Made by a program: the position numbers and the translations under genes. The notes beneath the pieces are model-generated. The model did not search any database. It had not been told where the DNA came from and saw nothing but the letters and a program-made list of their open reading frames with translations. A DNA stretch of 64,000 bases from contig RDOA01000013.1 in assembly GCA_011364925.1 (NCBI GenBank), positions 16,205 through 80,204 on the forward strand, given 5' to 3'. Positions 19,222 to 29,847 of the stretch are shown here, one piece after another. Source of the stretch: Promethearchaeota archaeon. GTDB lineage: Archaea > Asgardarchaeota > Lokiarchaeia > Sigyniarchaeales > SOKP01. Position 1 is the first letter of the stretch, and each line of letters starts with the position of its first letter.

Positions 19222-19590
19222 ATGAAGAGGTTTCTAGTACAAATAGGGTCAGGTGTAGATCAACATGGACATAACGACGATTGCACTAATGCTGCGATAA
19301 AGGCAATTAAAAACGCAATCTCAAATAATTGTTTGACAGGATTATCAGAAATCTGTGAAATAAAAGAACCAAAAGACCTGAATAAAATGTTTGTCCATGT
19401 AAAAATTGGTGCTCCATATCCTGATAAAATCAAAAAGGAGAAAGTATTGAAAGCTATCCCATTTGGTACAAAATCAGTTGAAATAGAAAAGGGAGGTTTA
19501 GTCGCTGAGGGAATAATGATTAAAGAACTAGGAGATACTACTGATAAAATACTTGTTTGTAACGCAGCAGTCACAGTGTTAATTAACTAA
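19222..19590 (+). CDS. Lin0512 family protein
   Basis: G.GVDQHG..D.T.AA.KA...A, IPFG, GGL, NAAV. Confidence 0.85.
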   Translation: MKRFLVQIGSGVDQHGHNDDCTNAAIKAIKNAISNNCLTGLSEICEIKEPKDLNKMFVHVKIGAPYPDKIKKEKVLKAIPFGTKSVEIEKGGLVAEGIMIKELGDTTDKILVCNAAVTVLIN

Positions 19591-19595
19591 AGTTT

Positions 19596-20180
19596 TTGGT
19601 GAATAAAGTGGTTGAAAGGTGCAAGTGGGCAGATTACGACGATCTAATGAAGGAATATCACGATAAAGAATGGGGAACTCCTCAACATGAAGATAAAATG
19701 CTCTACGAACTTTTGATCTTGGAAGGTATGCAAGCAGGACTGAGCTGGAACACCATACTTAAAAAAAGGGTTAATTTCAAAAACGCTTTTGATGATTTTG
19801 ATTATGAAAAAATCGTGAAGTACAGTGAGAAGAAAGTTGAAGAATTGATGCAGAATGAAGGGATTATCAGAAATAGACTCAAAATACAATCCATAATCAC
19901 GAATGCTAAAGCTTTTATAAAGGTTCAAGAAGAATTTGGCTCGTTCGATAATTATATTTGGGGTTTTGTTAATTATAAACAGATTCAAAATTCGTGGAAA
20001 AATCTTGAAGAATTACCATCAAGTACAGATCTTTCCAATAGTATTAGCAAAGATATGAAAAAAAGAGGATTTAAATTCATCGGGACTACGATTATTTACG
20101 CTTTTTTACAAGCAATTGGCGTTGTTAATGATCATACCACTAATTGCTTCCGTTATAAAGTACTGCTAAAATCACCTTAG
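19596..20180 (+). CDS. tag: DNA-3-methyladenine glycosylase I
   Basis: RCKW, YHDKEWG, LEGMQAGLSW, IIRNRLKI, VNDHTTNC; probable GTG start at 19608. Confidence 0.95.
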   Translation: MVNKVVERCKWADYDDLMKEYHDKEWGTPQHEDKMLYELLILEGMQAGLSWNTILKKRVNFKNAFDDFDYEKIVKYSEKKVEELMQNEGIIRNRLKIQSIITNAKAFIKVQEEFGSFDNYIWGFVNYKQIQNSWKNLEELPSSTDLSNSISKDMKKRGFKFIGTTIIYAFLQAIGVVNDHTTNCFRYKVLLKSP

Positions 20181-21484
20181 TTTGCCTTAAGATTCTCTAA
20201 TCCGATTTCGTTCTCCGCGTAATTCTTCAAGGCAATCCATTGGGATTCACTCGTTCCATAGTACTTGAATACACCTATTCCTAATCCGAAATCAAAAGTT
20301 CTAATTTGTTTTAACATCTCTTGAGCATTACACTCGACCGAGTTCGTAACTGCTAATACCGGATTCTTGTATTCATGGATTCTTTTTTTCATATTTCTTT
20401 TGAAATACCAGTAGAAAAGATCGCCCACTTTACCCCAATACCACCCATCGTCTCGCGTCCCCATTAAGTAAGGATATTCCATAGGAATTGAGATGTCCAA
20501 GATAGACGATAATTTTCCCCAATCTTGTCCGTGTCTCTTTAAAGTGAATAATTTTTTTGGTCCAACCTGGCTGTACCATCCTGTTATACAGCTTTTGTCA
20601 ATACTTTTTACAGCGTTCTGAACTTTCTGAGCATAACTAGCAATTGTATTCGTTTTAAAATCAATCCAATCGTTGCTTTTAATAATTCTTGCGTTTTCGC
20701 CGTATTCTATTTTGAACTTCTTTACACATCGTTCACATGCGCATAAATCCGTAAAGGAACCATCATATCTAATGTAATCAGCTGTAAAAGCTTTAATCGG
20801 GTAATTTTTGACTATCTCTTTAATAAGTTCTACTAAATAATCGACATGAGTGCTATTAGGGCACATAAAACTTTCGGTAGGAATAAAGCCACTGCCTCTG
20901 GCATTCCTCTTCTTACCAATCTTTTCATCCTTTCTATTTGTTAGAAACGGAATCTTTTTCTGATATTCTTCCAACGAAGTTCCCTCGGGTAAATCTATTC
21001 TCATTTCTCCCGCATCATGAGTAGAAATTTCTCCTTTGTAGTGTTTCCTGCCGAACTTTTCACCATTTTTACCATGGACGCTAACCCTTTCAGGATGCAA
21101 ATATCCTTGATAAGCATCGTTCATACTAGTAAAAGAAACCATAATACGAATATTTCTATCTTTACCAGCGTCACAGAATTCTCCTAAAAGATCTCGTTTA
21201 ATTGGATTCCAACCTATTCTAGTATCCCAAGTACAAGCTCCGTCCGTGTCTTTTATCACTAAACCAAAAGTATTGAAATGACACTCTTCAAGTTTATTCA
21301 TAATTTTTACTACATCAAGTTTTTTCTCAGCAAACTCGTAATCTAGTTTTCTAAACCCTATTGGTCCCCTTACGGGCATTAATCCCATAGCGAATACTTT
21401 ACTGGCTCCTAAATCGTTGCGTATGACTTCAAGTTGATCACTTGTAAAAGTCATGTATTTCGACCAGTCTATTTTGTCGACCAT
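20177..21484 (-). CDS. Putative glycoside-hydrolase-like TIM-barrel protein
   Basis: RDLLGEFCDA, MCPNS, DYIRYDG...CACERC..KF, GQDW, PMEY patterns seen in GHL-type families. Confidence 0.55.
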   Translation of the reverse strand: MVDKIDWSKYMTFTSDQLEVIRNDLGASKVFAMGLMPVRGPIGFRKLDYEFAEKKLDVVKIMNKLEECHFNTFGLVIKDTDGACTWDTRIGWNPIKRDLLGEFCDAGKDRNIRIMVSFTSMNDAYQGYLHPERVSVHGKNGEKFGRKHYKGEISTHDAGEMRIDLPEGTSLEEYQKKIPFLTNRKDEKIGKKRNARGSGFIPTESFMCPNSTHVDYLVELIKEIVKNYPIKAFTADYIRYDGSFTDLCACERCVKKFKIEYGENARIIKSNDWIDFKTNTIASYAQKVQNAVKSIDKSCITGWYSQVGPKKLFTLKRHGQDWGKLSSILDISIPMEYPYLMGTRDDGWYWGKVGDLFYWYFKRNMKKRIHEYKNPVLAVTNSVECNAQEMLKQIRTFDFGLGIGVFKYYGTSESQWIALKNYAENEIGLENLKAN

Positions 21485-21768
21485 AGTATCACTTGAATCT
21501 TTCGAATGTTGTATTAGTTAAATTCTAGGTTCAAAGTAATTATTTCATTATACATATTGAAATCGATAATTTTTTAAGAGAATTTTTTTAGTAAATTTTT
21601 AAGAAGTTATAGAATTTTTAATAATTCATTCATTTAAACATTTATATATGTCAAAACGATTAATATATAATTGAAATCAAATTAAAATACATACTGAACC
21701 CATTATTTCATTAAAGAAGACGAAATAGAAGGACTTTAAATATGAGCTTGGAGGAATATTGAACTAAA

Positions 21769-22299
21769 ATGTACGACGCTACTTTTAAGATCATCATTTT
21801 TGGAGATGCTGGTTGTGGAAAGACAACTCTAACTCAAAGATTTTTAACCAACTTATTTGTATCTGACCAAACAATGACAATTGGAGTCGATTTTGAAGTT
21901 AAAAGCCTTTCAGTTGACAACCAAAAAGTAAAGCTGCAAATTTGGGATTTTGGGGGAGAAGAAAGATTCAGATTTTTACTTCCGACTTACGTAAGGGGGG
22001 CGCGTGGTGGGTTATTTTTATACGATATTACAAACTATTCATCGATCGCTCATATAGACGATTGGTTAAGTGTTATAAGGAAAGAAATTAGAGCTGAAGA
22101 TATTTTTCCTATAATCGTAGTTGGTGGTAAGGCAGATCTAGTAGAAAATAGAGAAGTATCCTCCGCGGATGGAATAAAAATAGCGAAATCGAGAAATGTT
22201 AATGGATTTATTGAGACAAGCTCCAAAACTGGAGAGAATGTAGATAAAGCTTTTGAAGCATTAACAAAGCTCATGCTTGACCAATTCTCACCTCCATAA
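21769..22299 (+). CDS. Rab-like small GTPase
   Basis: GDAGCGKTT, MTIGVDF, WDFGGEERF, GGKAD, TSSK. Confidence 0.95.
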   Translation: MYDATFKIIIFGDAGCGKTTLTQRFLTNLFVSDQTMTIGVDFEVKSLSVDNQKVKLQIWDFGGEERFRFLLPTYVRGARGGLFLYDITNYSSIAHIDDWLSVIRKEIRAEDIFPIIVVGGKADLVENREVSSADGIKIAKSRNVNGFIETSSKTGENVDKAFEALTKLMLDQFSPP

Positions 22300-22370
22300 C
22301 AATTCTCACATCTGGGTGCGACTCTTCAGCAGAAGGGAAATTATTTAAATAAATAAAAATCCATTTATTT

Positions 22371-23240
22371 CTAAAATGAGCTTAATTGCTTATTATCTCC
22401 GTTAATTTTTTCAGAAATACGAGTATTTATTCTTCGATTTAAAACCATTGTTTGAAATTCCATATCTTTCTTATATTGATTTGCTAAGCTAATTAATTGT
22501 TCAACAATCTCAATTTCTTGATTACTCTCTTCAAACTGATATCCTCCGAAATTTGGAATTTCAGCGTATTTCTTGATCAAAATTTCTTGAAGTTCACTCG
22601 GTAAAACATCCGTTCTATCCTTAATTGCAGAGTTAATTGCCTCTAAAAGATCAAAATATTTCTCTTGTTTACCAAATTGGCACAAAATACATTTTAAACT
22701 TCGATTTTTAAGAATGTATAAAATTATTACTCCTGTTAAGTATGTAAAACAATCAACGATTTCATCATAATTTCCCTTTTTCATATGTTTTTTAACAATG
22801 ACATCAGCTATAGAAAATAAGCTCGAAAAATATATTGCTCTATGGAAATAAGCAGGATCAACACAAAACAATCTTGTGAACCAAAATGGACTAAGTTCAC
22901 ACGGAGGATTCTCATAAAAAGTGTAATATACTAATCTACCATCTCTTTCCTTGGCTAAGGTTCCTTCCTTTTTCAGTACATTTAAGTAAGTTGAAATTGT
23001 TGAACGTGCGATGTCTTTATAAAATTTCTTATATTCTAATTCTACATCTCTCGTAGTTACTTTCTTTCTACCTTCAAGGTAGAATTTCAACATTATTCCT
23101 AAAATTCGATTTTCGTGAAGTTGTCCGGTTTTTATTTGTTGTTCTTCTGATTCGTCTTCTCTGATATTATAGACATTTAATAATTCCGGTGCTATTTCAT
23201 GAATTACTTTTTCCAGAATATAGATGGTAAGTTCAGTAAT
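22371..23240 (-). CDS. Winged-helix DNA-binding protein
   Basis: ARSTISTYLNVLKKEG...RDGRLVYY wHTH; frame open 49 codons upstream of the track ATG to ATT at 23240 behind GAGGA. Confidence 0.7.
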   Translation of the reverse strand: MTELTIYILEKVIHEIAPELLNVYNIREDESEEQQIKTGQLHENRILGIMLKFYLEGRKKVTTRDVELEYKKFYKDIARSTISTYLNVLKKEGTLAKERDGRLVYYTFYENPPCELSPFWFTRLFCVDPAYFHRAIYFSSLFSIADVIVKKHMKKGNYDEIVDCFTYLTGVIILYILKNRSLKCILCQFGKQEKYFDLLEAINSAIKDRTDVLPSELQEILIKKYAEIPNFGGYQFEESNQEIEIVEQLISLANQYKKDMEFQTMVLNRRINTRISEKINGDNKQLSSF

Positions 23241-23455
23241 TTTTAACTATCCTCAAAATTAATTAGCATTATCTTTATAAAAAAAATGTATATTTTTAAT
23301 AATTTATATTCTAATCGAATAGAATTTTTAATCTACTATAATAAACCACAACAAAAATTAATTAAATTAATCAAAATTGTCTAAGTTCAATCTAAAAATG
23401 AAAATATAAAGAAAGTAAATAAAATTTGTATTGATAAAATGATTTATTTAAAATT

Positions 23456-25285
23456 TCAGCTGCCATATTTCTCTTTCCAAAGAGGATCGTTAATTTGAAG
23501 GATTCTACGCTGAACTTTTCCAAGAATATCTTTTGGAACGCTGGGAATAAATTCAATTATTGCAGGACATTTCCATTTTGTCATATTTTCTTGAGTCCAA
23601 GCGATTAGTCCTTCTTCCGTGATCTTTCCAACATAATCGGGTTTCAATTCAACCCACGCTTTTGTAACTTCTCCAACTTTTCCCGCTGGATCGGGTAACC
23701 CTGAGACAGCAGCTTCTGAAACCGCTTCGTGTTTCATCAACATCGATTCAACTTCTTTTGGGAATACTGAGTGCCCAGCTACTTTAATTAACTGTTTTTT
23801 GCGATCTCTTATCTCAATAGTTCCATCATCGTTCATAAAACCTATATCTCCAGTTAATAACCATAATTTACCGCCATAATTTTTAATCGTATCATCTGTT
23901 TCTTCAGATTGATTGAGGTATGCATACATAACTTGCGGGCCGTGAACACAAATCTCACCGGTATGTTCTTCTCCAAACTGAGTATCATCTGGGTTTCCTA
24001 AGCAAATAGGACCATCATCAAAATTTTCTGTTGGCCAAATTCCCCATTCTGTACCAGGAACTGGTAACCCAATAACTCCAATTGGACTTTCACCAAAAAG
24101 ATTTCCAGCACTAACAAGAGGCGATGACTCTGTTAATCCATAACCTTCTACAATATTTCCACCCGTGTTCTTTACAAAAGCATCTCGTACAGGGCGATGT
24201 AAAGGACCAGCTCCCGAAGCACATAACTTTAATTTGCCCATGACTCCCGGATACTTTTCTTTTATATCAGGAAATTCTGCTAAACGCTTAAACAAAATTT
24301 CAGCACCTGCGTAAACTAAACCTTCAGGAGCAGGTAATTCTTCAATGTGTTCCAATAATTCTTCCGTGGGTGGAGGCGTTGGAAACATCATTATCCATCC
24401 TCCAAATGCAATAGTTGCATTCATCACTATTGTATGAGCAAAACTGTGGAAAAAGGGAAGGACTGCAACATTCCCTATCCCTGGTTTTTCACCACCTAGC
24501 CAATACTTGGCTTGTTCTGCGTTAGAAACCGCGTTGAAATGTGTTAATACAGCGGCTTTTGGCAAACCCGTAGTTCCACCAGTCATAATATATGTAGCAG
24601 GATGTGTTTTAACATCTAGATCCACTTTAGGTACATTTGGTTCTGCTTCTATTAAATCCATAAAATTAACCGCTCCAGGAACTTTCACTTTCCCCGTGGG
24701 AATCACTCCTAACCTCTTTCCTAACGCCCTCTTGATTCCTAAACCATGGGCTAAATCAGCAAGATTAGTATAAATGACTTGTTTAACTGAACTTCTACCG
24801 AGAATTTCTCCTATGTAAGGCAATCCCTTTTTTATACGAGATTTACTTTTTTCGTCGAAAAAAGCATCGTATGCTATTAAATATTTAGCGTTAGTCACTT
24901 CTAATTGGTGAAGTATTTCAAGTGGTTTATAAGTCGGATTAATTCCAGATGCAATTGCTCCTAATCTCGTAATTGCGTAATAGGAAACAACGTATTGAAT
25001 ACAATTTCCCATAAGCATAGCTACAACATCCCCCTTTTTAACTCCAAGCTTGTGAAGAGCCGTAGTTAAACTTAAAACATAATCGTGGAATTGATGATAA
25101 GTTACCCATGTCTCTAAAAACCAGATAAAATTCTGATCGCCATATTTTTCCACTTGCTCATCTAAAAATTGATTAAGCGTTTTATCTTTAAAAGCAACAT
25201 TTTTTGGAACGCTTTGTGGCCACCATTTTTTAAACCATATCTTATTTTCATTTACTTGGTACGTATCTTCTTTAATAATTGGCAT
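23456..25285 (-). CDS. Long-chain fatty-acid--CoA ligase
   Basis: TGGTTGLPKAA, EGYGLTE, TGDIG, RDRKK, GKVQRR. Confidence 0.93.
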   Translation of the reverse strand: MPIIKEDTYQVNENKIWFKKWWPQSVPKNVAFKDKTLNQFLDEQVEKYGDQNFIWFLETWVTYHQFHDYVLSLTTALHKLGVKKGDVVAMLMGNCIQYVVSYYAITRLGAIASGINPTYKPLEILHQLEVTNAKYLIAYDAFFDEKSKSRIKKGLPYIGEILGRSSVKQVIYTNLADLAHGLGIKRALGKRLGVIPTGKVKVPGAVNFMDLIEAEPNVPKVDLDVKTHPATYIMTGGTTGLPKAAVLTHFNAVSNAEQAKYWLGGEKPGIGNVAVLPFFHSFAHTIVMNATIAFGGWIMMFPTPPPTEELLEHIEELPAPEGLVYAGAEILFKRLAEFPDIKEKYPGVMGKLKLCASGAGPLHRPVRDAFVKNTGGNIVEGYGLTESSPLVSAGNLFGESPIGVIGLPVPGTEWGIWPTENFDDGPICLGNPDDTQFGEEHTGEICVHGPQVMYAYLNQSEETDDTIKNYGGKLWLLTGDIGFMNDDGTIEIRDRKKQLIKVAGHSVFPKEVESMLMKHEAVSEAAVSGLPDPAGKVGEVTKAWVELKPDYVGKITEEGLIAWTQENMTKWKCPAIIEFIPSVPKDILGKVQRRILQINDPLWKEKYGS

Positions 25286-25456
25286 TTTTACTAACTCTAG
25301 TTGTAATATAAATTGTTTTAATTGCTTTAATGCATCATACTATATTATTTTCGTTGTTTTAGATTTTGTTAATAAATTATCTTTTCTCGATTCACTAAGG
25401 AGAAAATCATCTCTAAAATCATTTAAGACTAAAACTTAACTACGAATAATAAGTAG

Positions 25457-27253
25457 TTAGGTTCTATCTCCATATTTCTCTTTCCAAATTGGATCGTTTA
25501 TTTGAAGCGCTCTCCTCTGAACTTTCCCAACAATATTCTTCGGTAAATCTCCTACTATTGCAATGTGTTGGGGAACTTTGTAATGAGCCATGTTATCCAA
25601 AGCCCACTCTTTGATTGATTTAGGAGACAAATCAGAATCCTCTCTAATTGAAACCCACGCTTTTATAACTTCTCCGTATTCATCGTTCGGTAAACCGGAC
25701 ACAGCTACTTCTAAAATATCAGGATGTTTCATTAGAAGTTCTTCAACTTCTTTTGGGAAGACTGAGAAACCTTTAAATTTAATGAGTTGTTTCTTACGAT
25801 CTCGTATTTCAATCGTACCATCCTCGTTCATAAATCCAATATCTCCCGTTAAAAGCCAAGTTTTTCCATCGTATTCAAGCAATGTATTCTTAGTTTCATC
25901 TAGCTGTTCTAAATACCCTTTCATTATCTGAGGACCGTGAACGCATATTTCTCCCGTATTTTCAACTCCAAACTTAGAATCATCAGGATTTCCTAGGCAT
26001 ATTGGACCCTTCGAAAAATCATCCGGATAAAAAATACCCCACTCAGTTCCTGGAAAAGGCATACCAATCACTCCTACCGGACTTTCACCAAACAAATTAC
26101 CAGCACTTACCGCGGGACTTGCTTCACTTAACCCGTACCCTTCGACAATCCTGCCCCCAGTATTCTCAATGAAAGCGTCTCGCACCTGTTTGTGTAAAGG
26201 ACCCGCGCTTGATATACACAGTTTTAGTTTTCCCATAACTCCAGGGTATCTTCTATTTAAATGTCTCATTTCAGCAAACTTGATAAACAAGATCTCAGCA
26301 CCCGCATAAATCAATCCTTCAGCACAAGGGAGTTTTTCTATAAGTTCGCATAACTCATCCTGAGACGGTGGAGTTGGAAACAGAATCATCCATCCTCCTA
26401 CTGCTATAGAAGTGTTCATAACAACAGTATGAGCAAAACTGTGAAATAACGGAAGAATTCCAATGTTTCCCATACCTGGCACTTCACCACCCAACCATAA
26501 CCTGCATTGTTCAGCATTGGAAACAACATTAAAATGTGTTAGTACTGCCGCTTTAGGTAAACCCGTGGAACCTCCTGTCATTATATAAGTAGCAGCATCA
26601 TTTTTAACATCTATCTTCACATTGAGATCTGAATCTCTTGGTTCCGTTTTCATTAAGTCTTTAAATTTAACTGCCCCCTCATAATCGCATTTACCTGTAG
26701 GTATTTTTTTTAGGAATTTTCCGAGAATTCTTTTAGTGCTGAACATTTGCGCTAAATCAACAAGATTAGTATACACGACTTTTTCAATTTTTGTGTTGTC
26801 AATAATTGGTTTTATGCTTGATTCGTATAACGAATCTAATACAATCAGCACTTTTGGTTTTATAATTTCGATTTGATGAAGGATCTCCATAGGTTGATAG
26901 TTTGGATTAATCCCGCTTGCGATCGCTCCTATTCTAGTTGTAGCGTAATATGCTACTACATATTGAATGCAATTTGGTAGGTGAATTGCGATAACATCTC
27001 CCTTCTTTATACCTAGATCAACTAGCGCTGTGGCAAACCTCTTCACATAATCTTGAAACAATTTATATGTTACCCATGTTCCGAGAAACCAAATTAAATT
27101 ATGATCTGGATATTTCTCAACTTGCTCGTCTAACATTTCATTTAACGATTTTTCTTCAAATTCTGCATTGTATGGTACATTTTCGGGCCACCATGTATGA
27201 AACCAACGCTTTTTCTCGTTCACGCGGAACGAACTGTCTATTTTAGGATGCAT
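25457..27253 (-). CDS. Long-chain fatty-acid--CoA ligase (tandem paralog)
   Basis: TGGSTGLPKAA, EGYGLSE, TGDIG; ATG at 27253 matches the paralog's length. Confidence 0.93.
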   Translation of the reverse strand: MHPKIDSSFRVNEKKRWFHTWWPENVPYNAEFEEKSLNEMLDEQVEKYPDHNLIWFLGTWVTYKLFQDYVKRFATALVDLGIKKGDVIAIHLPNCIQYVVAYYATTRIGAIASGINPNYQPMEILHQIEIIKPKVLIVLDSLYESSIKPIIDNTKIEKVVYTNLVDLAQMFSTKRILGKFLKKIPTGKCDYEGAVKFKDLMKTEPRDSDLNVKIDVKNDAATYIMTGGSTGLPKAAVLTHFNVVSNAEQCRLWLGGEVPGMGNIGILPLFHSFAHTVVMNTSIAVGGWMILFPTPPSQDELCELIEKLPCAEGLIYAGAEILFIKFAEMRHLNRRYPGVMGKLKLCISSAGPLHKQVRDAFIENTGGRIVEGYGLSEASPAVSAGNLFGESPVGVIGMPFPGTEWGIFYPDDFSKGPICLGNPDDSKFGVENTGEICVHGPQIMKGYLEQLDETKNTLLEYDGKTWLLTGDIGFMNEDGTIEIRDRKKQLIKFKGFSVFPKEVEELLMKHPDILEVAVSGLPNDEYGEVIKAWVSIREDSDLSPKSIKEWALDNMAHYKVPQHIAIVGDLPKNIVGKVQRRALQINDPIWKEKYGDRT

Positions 27254-27392
27254 TATGAAATCAACCTTTATTTTACAAAAGTGATTGTTAAAGATCATTT
27301 TGATAAGACTAAATATAAAATTATCCTAAAAGGTATAAACACTTGAAAAAATCGAAGGAAAAAAAAAATAAAATTAAATATATAGTTGAGAT

Positions 27393-29540
27393 TTAAAATC
27401 TCATATCTTTACGCCTTTTGATTAAAATGGTAGCAATACCAATTAAACCGACACCAGCGATTAAGAGGATCAAAGCCCAGAAACCTGTCGCTTCAAACAC
27501 CATGAAAACACTGAAAGTAGGATCGTGCCAAATTCCACTTCCATCTTCAAACATTGGGAAACATACAGCGTAAACCATTACGCTAAAAGAAATATTTAAC
27601 CCAATATCTGCAGCGAAAGCTTCTACTTCACCAGGTGTTCCTTCAAAAGTCTCGTGCGCTTGGGTCTCAGCTTCAAACAAAGCGACTGGTAAAATGCTTG
27701 TGGAAGCAGGTGCACTCGTCGAAGTTCCTTCTGGGCCATAAAGATAATCAGGACCAGCGATATCAACAAATGGGAGTTTATCTCGTATATTTTGAGGTAG
27801 GTAATTTCCGATCTTAAGCGAATGGGTTGTCTCATCGTAGTCATCTGCAGGATTTAAGGGATCGACTGGATTATCACCAATAGTATCGATTTTAAGGTGA
27901 AAATGCAAAACTGTCGAAACATATATGATAGCAAGATCTAAACCTGCAATAGGATTATTCGCACCTGGAGCTGTAGGTCCATTCCAAGGAGCGAAAAATT
28001 GATCCAACTTTACAGCTCCATGTAAAACAGGTACAGTACCGCCATCTGTAGTTGCAAGGTTTTCTTCTTTTGGTTCGAAAGTGAAACCAAAATGGATGTA
28101 AGCAAGAGATTCTGCAGTTGCTCCCAAATACGAATCTAACTCAACTCCAACTGGTACCGGAATTATTGTAGCGCGATCCAAAGTCAAACCCCATGAAATA
28201 CTATTACCATTTTTAGCTGGTTTAGCGAAATTGAAATCATCTACGCTTCCTAGTATCAATCTATGGGTTAATTCTGAACTACGAGGTATTTCTACTGGAT
28301 CTCCTTTATCATCATGCACAGGAACACCAAGATTGTCAGTCACTTGCGTATAATTAACAGATAACTTACCATCAGGAATAGGACCATTAGCAGTATCATT
28401 GTACAAGAATGCTCCTGTTAAGTGATGTGTGAATAAGAAGAATTCAATATCTAAACCTTGGAAAATTGCGGCAGGATTAACTGAATCTCCTTCCATTCCA
28501 TAATTCACTAAGTTTAATATCTCACCGACGTCAATGTGAATTTCAAAATTTTTAACCCATAACTGAAATAGATCGAATGTAAAAGATGTAAATTCCTTCC
28601 TCACATTAGCATCGACATCAAGTTCGGTTAACAACCACTCCATATAGCTATCATTTTTCCGTTCAGCTGTTTGATTCCAATAGGCTAATATAGCAGTTCC
28701 ATTTACCAATGAACTAACATCGAGGTCATTTCCATTAGCCATTTGCCAGTCGTTAGTTACCTTCCAGGTTTTGGATATAGAAAATCCGGCACTAGTTTTA
28801 ATCTCTAACTTTTGCCAAGTAATAGGATTTAAAACAAACAATTCGTCCCCAGTGAAGATATCGTTGATATGAATTAAAAACCAAGTAATTAATTCAACAC
28901 CTTCTTGAATTAATTCTTCTGGAATTCCTCCAAATTCAGATGGAGATGAAGTAGATGGGCTTGAAGAAAGGGGTACATTAATATATAGAGCAATTTTATT
29001 GAAAAAATTTATAATCTTTTTCACTGCATTAACAAAAGTACCGTCATGATCCCAGATTACTAAAGTGACTCCAGCTCCTAAGGTAAAATTAAATGCGTAT
29101 GAACCAGAAGTTGTCACCTCGCAATATGCGTATCCGTAGGTATTAGGATCATATACACCTTCATAATAATCATAAGGAAGCATATATGTATCTCTTTTAG
29201 GACTCGAGTAATCTTGCGTACCATTAATAGTTTTTTCGTAACTTGCACTTAAGGCATAAACACCAGGTAATATTTCCTTACCGCTAAAGTTAGTGAGTGT
29301 CTGCATAAACAACATTTCAAAAACGGTTGCTAAAACATTACCCCCGGGACCTAAACCCCTAAATATGCCTCCCATAATAGTTCCAAAACCCCCAATAAGA
29401 GAACTAGGATCTACTCCTCCTAATTGGTCGTAGGTATAATCGTTGTTGTAATCGTAACCCGTCGCCATAATCGGCGCGGCTGTAAAAGAAGCTACCATTA
29501 AAGTCATAACCATTAAGGCTTTAGTGCTTACTTTTTTCAT
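27393..29540 (-). CDS. Large secreted, C-terminally anchored surface protein
   Basis: N-terminal signal peptide (MKK + hydrophobic), multiple N-x-S/T sequons, WHDP then TM helix and KRRK tail. Confidence 0.8.
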   Translation of the reverse strand: MKKVSTKALMVMTLMVASFTAAPIMATGYDYNNDYTYDQLGGVDPSSLIGGFGTIMGGIFRGLGPGGNVLATVFEMLFMQTLTNFSGKEILPGVYALSASYEKTINGTQDYSSPKRDTYMLPYDYYEGVYDPNTYGYAYCEVTTSGSYAFNFTLGAGVTLVIWDHDGTFVNAVKKIINFFNKIALYINVPLSSSPSTSSPSEFGGIPEELIQEGVELITWFLIHINDIFTGDELFVLNPITWQKLEIKTSAGFSISKTWKVTNDWQMANGNDLDVSSLVNGTAILAYWNQTAERKNDSYMEWLLTELDVDANVRKEFTSFTFDLFQLWVKNFEIHIDVGEILNLVNYGMEGDSVNPAAIFQGLDIEFFLFTHHLTGAFLYNDTANGPIPDGKLSVNYTQVTDNLGVPVHDDKGDPVEIPRSSELTHRLILGSVDDFNFAKPAKNGNSISWGLTLDRATIIPVPVGVELDSYLGATAESLAYIHFGFTFEPKEENLATTDGGTVPVLHGAVKLDQFFAPWNGPTAPGANNPIAGLDLAIIYVSTVLHFHLKIDTIGDNPVDPLNPADDYDETTHSLKIGNYLPQNIRDKLPFVDIAGPDYLYGPEGTSTSAPASTSILPVALFEAETQAHETFEGTPGEVEAFAADIGLNISFSVMVYAVCFPMFEDGSGIWHDPTFSVFMVFEATGFWALILLIAGVGLIGIATILIKRRKDMRF

Positions 29541-29847
29541 TATTTTTGTTCACTCTTTTTTTTTTTAAAAATTAGTGCTTAAATCACAAATAAATTTTTT
29601 GTTTTTAATTGTTTATATTCTATTTCACTAGAAATTTTAAAATTATAGAATTAAGTAGAATAAATATAAAAAAAGTTCTCTTATTTGTATCTACTTATTT
29701 TTACTTTTATTATTTTTGATCTAGATTGATTGAGAATACTTATCTTAAGGATTATCTTTAATTTAATACTCTATTTATCTTATATAGTTTCATTTAATCG
29801 TTGAACATAAAAAAGCTACGACATAATATTGGTTTTATTTGAAAAAA

